From NCBI GenBank assembly GCA_036172245.1, contig JAYWIR010000003.1, positions 1,488,001-1,552,000 on the forward strand: a DNA stretch of 64,000 bases, read 5' to 3'. The position numbers and the translations under genes were made by a program. Positions 63,673 to 64,000 of this stretch are shown in pieces. Source of the DNA: Raillietiella orientalis (taxonomy: Eukaryota). The first letter of the stretch is position 1. Each line of letters opens with the position of its first letter. The notes under the pieces are model-generated. The model was not told the DNA's origin and did not search any database. It saw only the letters and a program-made list of their open reading frames with translations.

Positions 63673-63730
<58 letters not shown>
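63673..63730. repeat. (TC)14(GA)15 compound microsatellite forming a perfect palindrome
   Basis: Directly visible, centre between 63700 and 63701. Confidence 0.95.
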
Positions 63731-63734
<4 letters not shown>

Positions 63735-64000
63735 CAAGGAGCTGAGAAATCAACAGCAAGTATGGTCGATCTGTTCTGGAAATACCCCCAATTCGCGTAT
63801 TCCACGACAGATCTTCTTGGATAACACCTGCACAAGCTTTCGGAAACCGAGGACGAAAACTTCGAATGTAAAGCGCTTCCCCAAATCATCGATGACACAA
63901 ATTCAATCATTCTGAAATGCCAAACGCGACGGGTGCCGCTCAAGGCCGAAGTCGAGACGAAGCAGAAGAGTCCTTTGGGATGCATAAGGGAGAAGTACAA

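Overview
Eukaryotic (arthropod-like invertebrate) nuclear DNA with very small introns; most long ORFs in the supplied track are artefacts of GC-rich or antisense sequence. Left to right: (1) a minus-strand ZO-1/polychaetoid gene (PDZ1-3, SH3, GuK, ZU5; exons at 1-4165, running off the left edge) with a ~20 kb GC-rich 5' region holding several phase-compatible candidate first exons out to ~23.8 kb; (2) a possible small-exon orphan gene at 25.6-27.2 kb (-); (3) a compact 10-exon TBC1D5 Rab-GAP gene at 30.8-32.6 kb (+); (4) a single-pass membrane protein gene at ~38.9-40.4 kb (+) with two 6-Cys EB-like modules and a cytoplasmic 11-aa Tyr/Pro tandem repeat; (5) a ~700 bp decayed bacterial insertion at 41.7-42.4 kb, not visible in the ORF track, in which the 5' half of a Wolbachia-like alpha/beta hydrolase gene is joined in frame to an internal piece of clpX; (6) a ~20 kb graveyard of degenerate L1/Tx1-like non-LTR retrotransposons plus a gypsy-like gag relic (44-63.4 kb), mostly on the minus strand. 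All calls come from manual translation and recalled family motifs. No searches were run, so the organism, the Wolbachia attribution and the element clades need confirmation.
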